From NCBI GenBank assembly GCA_040879725.1, contig JBBDJV010000010.1, positions 52,892 to 116,891 on the forward strand: a stretch of DNA of 64,000 nt, read 5' to 3'. A program made the translations under genes and the position numbers. Source of the stretch: Minisyncoccota bacterium (GTDB lineage: Bacteria > Patescibacteriota > Minisyncoccia > Phycocordibacterales > GCA-2401445). Below, piece by piece: positions 56,816 to 64,000 of this stretch. Under the pieces are notes generated by a model. The model ran no database searches and was not told the DNA's origin. It saw nothing but the letters and a program-made list of their open reading frames with translations. Position 1 is the first letter of the stretch. Each line of letters starts with the position of its first letter.

Positions 56816-57159
56816 TATGCTACTTTTTCTACAACTCGTTTGAAGCTTTCTGGATTAGCTTGCGCCAATGTGGAAAGAATTTTTCTATCTAGCTTGATGT
56901 TCTTCTTCTTTAGTGTGTCTATAAATTTACTGTATGAGATTCCGTGGGGGGTGAGTGCCGCATTTATGCGAACTGTCCACAAACGGCGAAAGTCTCCTTT
57001 CTTGTCTTTTCGGTGAGCAAAAGCGTATGACCCTGCTTTTACCACTGCAACTTTTGCCAAGCGTTCTTTTGTTGAACGTCCAAAACGATATCCTTTTGCT
57101 TTAGAAAGGACGCTTCGTCGGCGTTTTAGTGCAATTGTTCCTCGTTTTACTCGTGTCAT
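56815..57159 (-). CDS. rplT: 50S ribosomal protein L20
   Basis: MTRVKRGTIALKRRR, AFAHRKDKK. Confidence 0.9.
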   Translation of the reverse strand: MTRVKRGTIALKRRRSVLSKAKGYRFGRSTKERLAKVAVVKAGSYAFAHRKDKKGDFRRLWTVRINAALTPHGISYSKFIDTLKKKNIKLDRKILSTLAQANPESFKRVVEKVA

Positions 57160-57174
57160 TGTATTTTGTATTTA

Positions 57175-57360
57175 TTATGCTGATGGAAGAAATCGACGAC
57201 GGTCTCGAGTGCTCATTTGGATGCTCTGAGATTGTTTTTTTACTCCTTTGGTCTGTGAAGACTCTTTTGCATTAAAATGGTTCTGTCCGGCTTTTCGAGC
57301 GGTAATCTTGCCATTTTTACTCACTTTAAGTCTTTTTGTGTATGATTTGTTTGTTTTCAT
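57175..57360 (-). CDS. rpmI: 50S ribosomal protein L35
   Basis: 61 aa, basic. KRLKVSKNGKITARKAGQNHFNAK resembles the L35 core. Lies between infC and rplT as in the canonical operon. Confidence 0.75.
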   Translation of the reverse strand: MKTNKSYTKRLKVSKNGKITARKAGQNHFNAKESSQTKGVKKQSQSIQMSTRDRRRFLPSA

Positions 57361-57364
57361 TGTA

Positions 57365-57877
57365 TTATTTCTTTTCGAGAATAATAGTGAGTCCTTTTGG
57401 GCTCTTTTGTGGCGATTGTGCTACTTTATACTCAACTGAGATAAATTTCAACATTCGCTCCATTCTCTCCTGTAGGAAGTTTCTGTCAAGATATTTTGCT
57501 CTGCCGGGAAGGAATAAGTCTAATTTTATTCTGTGTCCCTCAGAAAGCCATGCGGAAGCTTTCTTTGCTTTGAGCTCAAGATCGTGCTCTCCAGTCCCTA
57601 TTTTTACCTGGAGCGTCTTTACCTCAACTTGATGTGCCTTCTTTTTCTGCTCTTGCAGTCTTTTTTTCAATTCGTACTGATATTTCCCAAAGTCCATGAT
57701 TTTGGCTACTGGTGGATTCGCTTCGGGGGAAATTTCGATCAAATCCAACTCGCTTTCACGGGCTCTCTTGAGGGCTTCCTGAAGTGAAATAACTCCAAGG
57801 TTTTCGCCATCAGCGGTCACTACACGTAGCTCTTTTGCACGTATTTCGTTGTTTATTCGGTTCTTTAGTTTGCTCAA
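57365..57877 (-). CDS. infC: Translation initiation factor IF-3
   Basis: INNEIRAKELRVV, DLIEISP, NPPVAKIMDFGKY. The track start may be a non-AUG codon, as is usual for infC. Confidence 0.85.
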   Translation of the reverse strand: MSKLKNRINNEIRAKELRVVTADGENLGVISLQEALKRARESELDLIEISPEANPPVAKIMDFGKYQYELKKRLQEQKKKAHQVEVKTLQVKIGTGEHDLELKAKKASAWLSEGHRIKLDLFLPGRAKYLDRNFLQERMERMLKFISVEYKVAQSPQKSPKGLTIILEKK

Positions 57878-58039
57878 GATATATTTGGGTTACCTACGGG
57901 TTGTATTTATAGCATGTTTTCTTTTTTCTGGCAATAGTCAATCCTCTGTAAAAAGAGGGGAGAATACTGCGCTTACTTTCTGTCAAAAGGTAATGTAAAG
58001 TTAGTTTGACATAGGTAAAACAAACTATACTATTAGTAT

Positions 58040-58252
58040 ATGGAAGTGAGCATTATAAGCAACCTTGCACACCTCAGAGCAAAGGCAAAAATGACGCAGG
58101 AAGAGCTTGCGAAAGAGATTGGTATAACCCGCCAAACGATTATTTCCATTGAGCGGGGGAACTATACGCCGTCAGTGTTACTAGCGCTTAAGCTCGCGGG
58201 TTACTTTAAGTGTAAGGTAGAGGATATATTTAACATCTCATATGAATCGTAG
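58040..58252 (+). CDS. XRE-family (Cro/C1-type HTH) transcriptional regulator
   Basis: MTQEELAKEIGITRQTIISIERGNYTPSVLLALKLAGYF is a textbook HTH_3. Confidence 0.85.
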   Translation: MEVSIISNLAHLRAKAKMTQEELAKEIGITRQTIISIERGNYTPSVLLALKLAGYFKCKVEDIFNISYES

Positions 58253-58607
58253 AACTCTTTATTCAGTAATACTGTCGGTGCTCGTGCTTGTATTGGCGAT
58301 TATTTTAGTTAATCCGTTTGATATTCTTATGCTCGACATGGCGCTTGAAACAGCGCTTATCGTACTTGTTGTTGTTATAGCGCTCTTTGCGGGTTTTGTG
58401 TGGAGAGAGAGGTATGCCGATGAGAGGGAAAGGGATTTGCGGGGAAATGCCGGACGCATTGCATACTTAAGCGGGCTGATCGTACTAACTGCCGGTATTG
58501 TCTACGAGTGCTTACTTGGTAATGAACGAGTGTGGCTACTTGCGACACTCGCGGTGATGGTCGTTACAAAGCTTGTCGCCTATGAGTATTTTGAACGTAC
58601 GGGTTAA
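58242..58607 (+). CDS. Small membrane protein (4 TM) paired with the XRE regulator (DUF2178-like arrangement)
   Basis: Overlaps the XRE gene stop; hydrophobic segments. Confidence 0.5.
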   Translation: MNRRTLYSVILSVLVLVLAIILVNPFDILMLDMALETALIVLVVVIALFAGFVWRERYADERERDLRGNAGRIAYLSGLIVLTAGIVYECLLGNERVWLLATLAVMVVTKLVAYEYFERTG

Positions 58608-58616
58608 TTATCCACA

Positions 58617-58644
58617 GTGTATATAAAGTTAACTTTATATACAC
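58617..58644. promoter_or_regulatory. 28-bp perfect palindrome GTGTATATAAAGTT-AACTTTATATACAC (candidate operator)
   Basis: Seen directly, 10 bp after the membrane-protein stop and 65 bp before the thioredoxin-like gene. Confidence 0.5.
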
Positions 58645-58710
58645 ATCCTGTATCGTATACTTAAGTTACTGAATTAGATTTAATAAAATAGTACATAGCA
58701 ATTTCAAATT

Positions 58711-59277
58711 ATGACAAAACAAATGCATCACACAGGTAGCGCGACACCGGCAATAATCGGCGTACTCGCTATTTTGGCAATTATCGGAGGAATAGTTTTC
58801 TTCATGCAATCAAGTCCTTCAACTTCTGAAGAGGTGGCAATGGAAGAAGAAAATACAACAGGAGAAACAGCGACACAGGAAGAACCAAAAATAAGATTGG
58901 TTATGGAAGAGGAGTCTGATGTGACGACAGAAGAGGAAACACCGGTGGAGAGCAGTCCAGTGGTTCTTGAGGGTGGGTATAGCTCATTTGATGAGCGAAA
59001 ACTGGCATTTGCGGAAAACGGAGATGTCGTTCTTTTCTTTGCTGCAAAATGGTGTCCAACATGTCGAGCCGCGGATAAAGACATCACGGCAAACGCGAGT
59101 TCAATTCCAAATGATCTTTTGATTATGAACGTAGACTATGACAACTCAACGGAGCTTCGTAAAAAGTACAATGTAATTATCCAGCACACATTCGTACAGG
59201 TTGATGCTGATGGTAATTTAATCCAAAGATGGAGCGGAGGAGATACTCTTGCCTCTGTCGTTGCTAAAGTAGAGTAG
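58711..59277 (+). CDS. Membrane-anchored thioredoxin-fold protein (WCPTC active site)
   Basis: N-terminal TM (AIIGVLAILAIIGGIVFF), acidic linker, then VVLFFAAKWCPTCRA CxxC motif. Confidence 0.75.
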   Translation: MTKQMHHTGSATPAIIGVLAILAIIGGIVFFMQSSPSTSEEVAMEEENTTGETATQEEPKIRLVMEEESDVTTEEETPVESSPVVLEGGYSSFDERKLAFAENGDVVLFFAAKWCPTCRAADKDITANASSIPNDLLIMNVDYDNSTELRKKYNVIIQHTFVQVDADGNLIQRWSGGDTLASVVAKVE

Positions 59278-59393
59278 TTTTCGGTTTAACTTTCTATAGC
59301 ACTATTTCTTATCTATTTCTGGGAGGCGTAGTAACAGTGCTCGCTCCCTGCATATTTCCGGCACACCAACTATCTTTGGCACTTTGAAGGGAT

Positions 59394-60119
59394 TTACTTC
59401 ACTGCAAGAGAAAGGTAGTGCGAAGAAAAGGTTTCCCACATTTCCTTTATTTGTTTTGTTTGTTCGCTTATTTTACCTCGAAGTTCGCCTAAGCGAGCGT
59501 TATTTGCGCGAGCTTCGTTGTTTCGTACTGTGAACTCCAACTCTCGTGTTTCAAATGGAATTGCTCCAGTCACCTTATCTCGCTCTATACTCCAGAATTC
59601 TTTTTGTAGTTCGATATTGCGTGCATAGACTACAAGCTTTTCACCTTCGAGAGTTCTGAGTTTCTCCCATGAAGAGATTATCTTTTTTGCTTGTAGTTTG
59701 GTGCGGTTGTTTGCGATTAAATCACTCGTTGTTGAGAGTGTGCTTATCGCATTATCGAGCAATGCTCCCGAAACGAGCATTCTCTCTTTAAATAGAGACG
59801 CGCATTTCCCGTGTAGCTCAAGAGCGCGGGTGAGTGTTTCTTCATCCATATACTTAGAATCTTGCCCAAGGAGCGCGTCAAATTCTCCTTGTTCTTCACA
59901 TTCTTGAATTGCAGGCGCAAAAGAGTCCGGCACGCGTGTACTGCTAAGAATATTTGCAATAGAAGCTACTTGCTCATGCTGTTTTGCGAATGTTGCATAG
60001 AGTAAGCGTTGTGATTCGGCAAACTGAGCATTGTTGTACCAAACCAGTACTCCGATAATAAGTAATCCTCCTACAAGATAGAGGCTCGGGTGTTTTAATA
60101 TTTCTTGAAATCTATTCAT
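59394..60119 (-). CDS. Hypothetical membrane-anchored protein
   Basis: N-terminal TM (LYLVGGLLIIGVLVWY). No recognisable family. Confidence 0.45.
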   Translation of the reverse strand: MNRFQEILKHPSLYLVGGLLIIGVLVWYNNAQFAESQRLLYATFAKQHEQVASIANILSSTRVPDSFAPAIQECEEQGEFDALLGQDSKYMDEETLTRALELHGKCASLFKERMLVSGALLDNAISTLSTTSDLIANNRTKLQAKKIISSWEKLRTLEGEKLVVYARNIELQKEFWSIERDKVTGAIPFETRELEFTVRNNEARANNARLGELRGKISEQTKQIKEMWETFSSHYLSLAVK

Positions 60120-60242
60120 GTACGTATTGTACTTCGCTCACTTCGCCCAGTCCAATAATAACTAATATGGGATAACCTGCATGCATAGATACCCTAAAGG
60201 GTTTATACTATAAGTATTATTTATTCATACTAAGAGAGACCT

Positions 60243-61976
60243 ATGAGCATAGTTATTTTTATAGTACTGATTTTCTGGATAGTAAGCCTATCGAACAGAA
60301 TTAAAGTATTGGAAAACAGAGTCGGTGTTAGTCCAAAACCAAATCTCCTTGATGGAACCAATACTCCATCTACACAGGCTCAGGCACAAATACACGAAAC
60401 CATGACAGAAGGGAATAGCTACCCTCAAGCAGTATCTGCGAGCGCTCCACCTCCACCACAACAGTTGGAGCCGGGAGGTTTCGAAAAATTCGGCGCTTGG
60501 CTAGCGAAAGACTGGCTCGCAAAACTCGGCGTGCTCTGTGTCGTGCTCGCGCTCGGCTGGTTCTTAAGCATTGCATTTGATAATAACTGGATCGGTCCTC
60601 AGGGACGCATTGCGCTCGGCTTTCTTGTCGGTGCACTGTGTTTGTTCGGTGGTATATGGCGTTTGCCGAAGGTGTTTTCACAAGGGGCAATACTGCTCGT
60701 TTTAGGTTTGATTATGGTTGTGTTTACCACCTATTCAGCTCGTGCATTCTATGAAATGTTTCCTGCACTGGTTGCACTACTTATTATTTTCTCTGCGTCA
60801 GGAATTGTCGCTTTCATAGGTACCCGATACAACAAGCAGTCACTCGCATTAGTCTCAGTATTTTCAGGATTGATAGCTCCTATATTCACGGAAGGGGGAG
60901 GAGACATGTTCGGTTTGATGCTCTACTTGCTTGTAGTTGTAGCGGGAGGTGTTTTGGTTGTAATGATAAAAAGATGGACAGCGGTTACACTACTTTCGCT
61001 TGTTGCTATGTTGCTCTACACCCCTATTCTGAGTGTAGGTATGCAGTATGAGGCATTTGGTCTGATACTCTCGTATGTATTCGCAAGTCTATTTTTAGTT
61101 AGCGCGACGTATTCAATAGTTCAGGGTTCAAAGAGTGAAGTGGGGCTCGGTACGAGTGTTATTGTAATAAACTCAATCTTTGTTCTCATGTGGACGCTCT
61201 CTACCGCGAGTCCCGAGTGGTGGAGCTTACTTTTTGTAGCGTGGGCATTTGTGTACATGGGTACGGGATACGCAATATTCCAAACAACAAAAGCAGTTGG
61301 AAGACTTGTGAGTCCTTTTGCTCTTGCAATTATGTTCATCGGTACCGCGACAGCGCTTGAGTTCAAGGGTTCTGCGTTAACCATCGCATTCCTTCTTGAG
61401 TCACTGGCGTGTATTGCCGGCGCGTATGCACTAACACAAAACAGAAAAGCGGTTTCGCTCGCAACCGCGACATTTATCGTTCCTGTCGTGCTTACGTTCA
61501 TCCACCTTCTTGTGTGGTGGCAAGGAGGAAAGCTTCTTACAGAAGACTCTTTTATTACCGGTATTGTTACATTGATAGCCTTTGCGCTTGGAATATACGC
61601 GCATAGCCGGTTTGGAAGTGACGCGCGCACTGTTCGCAACTTTCCTCTTGCCGTTGGAATATTTTTCGGCACAGCGTCACTTTGGGTTGCGCTTCACGCA
61701 ACACTGCCAGGGACTGTTGCGGTTGGTGTAGCTCTGACACTATTTACGATACTGGGTATAACTCTCTATATTATTGGCAACAGAGAAGGACGAAAAACAA
61801 TCAAGTTACTTGGTATTATGTATATCTCTATCACACTCCTTCGGCTTCTCTTGGTTGATTTGGTGACAATGAGCACAACAGGAAGAGTTGTTACTTTCAG
61901 CGTTATTGGGGTATTACTTATCAGCACAGCATTTTTGCGTAAAAATAAATTACATGACACAACAATACAACAGTAG
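60243..61976 (+). CDS. Polytopic integral membrane protein (DUF2339-like)
   Basis: N-terminal short TM followed by RIKVLENR, a Q/P-rich linker, then more than 12 predicted TM helices. Confidence 0.45.
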   Translation: MSIVIFIVLIFWIVSLSNRIKVLENRVGVSPKPNLLDGTNTPSTQAQAQIHETMTEGNSYPQAVSASAPPPPQQLEPGGFEKFGAWLAKDWLAKLGVLCVVLALGWFLSIAFDNNWIGPQGRIALGFLVGALCLFGGIWRLPKVFSQGAILLVLGLIMVVFTTYSARAFYEMFPALVALLIIFSASGIVAFIGTRYNKQSLALVSVFSGLIAPIFTEGGGDMFGLMLYLLVVVAGGVLVVMIKRWTAVTLLSLVAMLLYTPILSVGMQYEAFGLILSYVFASLFLVSATYSIVQGSKSEVGLGTSVIVINSIFVLMWTLSTASPEWWSLLFVAWAFVYMGTGYAIFQTTKAVGRLVSPFALAIMFIGTATALEFKGSALTIAFLLESLACIAGAYALTQNRKAVSLATATFIVPVVLTFIHLLVWWQGGKLLTEDSFITGIVTLIAFALGIYAHSRFGSDARTVRNFPLAVGIFFGTASLWVALHATLPGTVAVGVALTLFTILGITLYIIGNREGRKTIKLLGIMYISITLLRLLLVDLVTMSTTGRVVTFSVIGVLLISTAFLRKNKLHDTTIQQ

Positions 61977-61977
61977 T

Positions 61978-63210
61978 ATGAAGAAATTTCTCTTCCTCTG
62001 TGCGTCTGTAGCATTTTTTGCAATTTCTTTTAGTGGGGCGAGCGCGGATACGAAAGATGTGAGAAGTTCGTTTAAAAATGTGCTTCCGATTACATTGCCT
62101 GAATTAGCGGTTCCTACTATTGCGGAAGTGCCACTTGGAGGTGTTTCGCTCGAGCAGAATTATTTTGCAGTGTACAACAAAACACAAGGCTTTTTCGTGG
62201 AGCATCGTTACAGCGTAGAGAACCGTTCTCGAAGCGGGCTTGTTTCTGTATCTACCGAGCCACAAGTGGGAGGTGCGCAGAGTATGGTAGATGGTTCATA
62301 CAGTACCGCAACTCACTTTGACAGTAGTGGAGTGGGAGAAGAAAGTGCTCTCATTACACTTACACACGCAACACCGGTTACTTCTTCAGGTCTCTCATTC
62401 TCTTTTGCGCAAAATGTTATTTCACCTCGTACGGTAGAGTTGCGCGCAGAGGTAGATGGCGAAACAAAGGTTATCGTGGCAAAGCGAAATTATACTGGAA
62501 ACTTTCTGCCATTCCCGAAGACCACTTCAAACAAGTGGTACATTACACTAACCTACACACAACCACTGCGTATTACGGAAATAAAGTTTGTTGAGGACAG
62601 GGATAGTTTGGTATCGTATGAAAAACTTCACTTTCTAGCACTCCCGGATCAAGAGTACGAAATATATTTTAACCCCGATGCGTATGTAGTGGTACCACTT
62701 GCTCAAAAGGGAAGTAATTTAACTGCGACAAATGACGCGCAGGTTGCGGAAGTGACTCTTCCGCCGTTGCATAATACGCTTTTTACTCCAAGTGATACCG
62801 ATGGCGATGGTGTTCCAGACGTATCTGACAACTGTCCGCGTATTCCTAATCCCGAACAGGAAGACGTAAATAAAAATGGAGTAGGAGATGCATGTGATGA
62901 CTTTGATAAGGATGGCATTATAAACGCGCATGACAACTGTCCCGAGGTACCTAACCCAAACCAGCGCGATACAGATAAAGATGGTGTGGGGGATGATTGC
63001 GATAGTGAAGAGAGTCGTTTTACCGAACGTCATGGCTGGGTTCCGTGGGTGGGAATAGGTATTGCAGGGCTTACACTCGGAGCGTTACTGTTCATGGCAT
63101 TACGCCAAAAGCCAGCAAGACAAGAAGACGAGAAAGAAGGTGAGTTGGAAAATGGAGGTGGGTCTGAAAAAGAGAACACGGAGGTAAACGAGCCACCGCA
63201 ACAAAATTAA
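61978..63210 (+). CDS. Secreted, C-terminally membrane-anchored protein with thrombospondin type-3 (calcium-binding) repeats
   Basis: Signal peptide MKKFLFLCASVAFFAISFSGASA. DTDGDGVPDVSDNCP..NPEQEDVNKNGVGDACDDFDKDGIINAHDNCP..NPNQRDTDKDGVGDDCD repeats. C-terminal TM plus charged tail. Start trimmed to ATG. Confidence 0.6.
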   Translation: MKKFLFLCASVAFFAISFSGASADTKDVRSSFKNVLPITLPELAVPTIAEVPLGGVSLEQNYFAVYNKTQGFFVEHRYSVENRSRSGLVSVSTEPQVGGAQSMVDGSYSTATHFDSSGVGEESALITLTHATPVTSSGLSFSFAQNVISPRTVELRAEVDGETKVIVAKRNYTGNFLPFPKTTSNKWYITLTYTQPLRITEIKFVEDRDSLVSYEKLHFLALPDQEYEIYFNPDAYVVVPLAQKGSNLTATNDAQVAEVTLPPLHNTLFTPSDTDGDGVPDVSDNCPRIPNPEQEDVNKNGVGDACDDFDKDGIINAHDNCPEVPNPNQRDTDKDGVGDDCDSEESRFTERHGWVPWVGIGIAGLTLGALLFMALRQKPARQEDEKEGELENGGGSEKENTEVNEPPQQN

Positions 63211-63232
63211 CGGGTAGGTGTATACTATATAT

Positions 63233-63556
63233 ATGGAAGAAAAAGAAAATCAGAAACTGTGGTTCAAACGAAAGTGGTACGGATGGGGTTGGTACCCAAG
63301 CTCTATTGAGGGCTGGATAACCACCTTGCTCTACATAGGGTTTATTTTCTATCTCTCTACACGGCTTGAGGAGGGAATGTCCACCATGCATTTGATTGGT
63401 GTGTACTTTCTACCACTGCTTGTTATTACTGTTGTGTTTATCACGATTGCGTATGCAAAAGGCGAGTCTCCTAAATGGCAGTGGGGTAGACCAAAAGAAG
63501 AAGGAGGAGTGAAGAAGGAAGAGCACGAAGAGCAAAAAATAGAAGAGGGAAATTAA
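63233..63556 (+). CDS. Small hypothetical membrane protein (2 TM, W-rich N-terminus, charged tail)
   Basis: ATG start downstream of a TATACTATATAT box. A terminator follows. Confidence 0.4.
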   Translation: MEEKENQKLWFKRKWYGWGWYPSSIEGWITTLLYIGFIFYLSTRLEEGMSTMHLIGVYFLPLLVITVVFITIAYAKGESPKWQWGRPKEEGGVKKEEHEEQKIEEGN

Positions 63557-63596
63557 AAAATAAAAACCCCTGGAGCGATTCGCTCCGGGGTTTTGT
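63556..63596. terminator. Bidirectional rho-independent terminator
   Basis: AAAAACCCCTGGAGCGATTCGCTCCGGGGTTTT. Confidence 0.75.
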
Positions 63597-63610
63597 GTGG
63601 TGTTTTTGGT

Positions 63611-63955
63611 TCAGTGCACACACTTGTCAGCTTTAAACTGTTCAAAGGCATCCTTTATCTTTTTACTTTTTACTTTGTTCAGATATTCTTCTATGCCTCC
63701 TTGCCAATGTCCACGCAAAAGGAATACCAGGTTACGTAATTCCATTACTTCTTCATCATTGAGCTCGTATTTTTGCTCGTACTGGACGATGTTGTTGTAT
63801 ATTGCGAATTCTCTTTCAAATGTATTCTTGACTCTTTCGAGCCATTCTATCCGGGCGCTGAGGGTTTCAATACGACCACGAAGCTTCAATTGTACTATTA
63901 CGGTGAAGACGTGAAGTAGGACAAGTACCGTGATGAGGATGTATGTTAGGTTCAT
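63611..63955 (-). CDS. Hypothetical N-terminally membrane-anchored protein
   Basis: MNLTYILITVLVLLHVFTVIV TM segment followed by coiled-coil-like region. Confidence 0.4.
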   Translation of the reverse strand: MNLTYILITVLVLLHVFTVIVQLKLRGRIETLSARIEWLERVKNTFEREFAIYNNIVQYEQKYELNDEEVMELRNLVFLLRGHWQGGIEEYLNKVKSKKIKDAFEQFKADKCVH

Positions 63956-64000
63956 TTCAGTTCCTTCTGTGGATGATTCTATGGCTACTTATAGCACAGG

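Noticed and set aside
1-64000. Prophage, integrase, transposase, IS element, rRNA operon, CRISPR-cas
   Set aside because: No recombinase, transposase or capsid-like ORFs, no long inverted terminal repeats, and no rRNA-like conserved stretches were seen. The window appears to be core chromosome with small accessory patches.

Overview
This is a gene-dense, moderately AT-rich bacterial chromosome segment whose gene content points to a Candidate Phyla Radiation / Patescibacteria (Parcubacteria-like) organism. The supporting observations are: a long S10-spc ribosomal superoperon (rpsJ to map) with no L30 gene between rpsE and rplO; an S12 protein carrying an internal insertion; a trigger factor lacking its PPIase domain; a type IV pilus and competence neighbourhood (pilB, pilC, three pilin-like genes, comEC, recJ); and many hypothetical secreted or membrane proteins. 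The housekeeping genes called with confidence are hup, rny, clpP, rsmE, tig, ppa, nusA, tpiA, pgk, a HIT protein, recJ, rnhA, sod, rpmB, rpsL, rpsG, fusA, tuf, rpsJ through map, ndk, a beta-CASP RNase, infC-rpmI-rplT and an XRE regulator. No rRNA, tRNA, CRISPR array or transposase was found. Many intergenic gaps carry clear rho-independent terminator hairpins, several of them bidirectional. The most unusual items are listed below.
- Two ORF-free intergenic islands (8606-9564 and 56428-56814) share a duplicated composite element. It contains a 21-bp perfect palindrome GAACGAGGTT(T)AACCTCGTTC, a CGTTGCTA-ATA box and a 19-bp palindrome TACAAGGGG(A/T)CCCCTTGTA.
- A 915-aa TraD/VirD4-like P-loop ATPase with an uncharacterised ~430-aa N-terminal domain sits at the tail of the ribosomal superoperon, where infA-rpmJ-rpsM-rpsK-rpsD-rpoA-rplQ would normally be.
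- ComEC is split: the metallo-beta-lactamase domain is a separate gene, with an Fe/Mn superoxide dismutase on the opposite strand between the two parts.
- A secreted LamG-domain protein is inserted between fusA and tuf.
- A 1186-aa secreted PKD-repeat protein forms a surface-protein module with a small membrane protein and a convergent secreted protein.
- An XRE regulator and small membrane protein pair is followed by a 28-bp perfect palindrome and a membrane-anchored CxxC thioredoxin.
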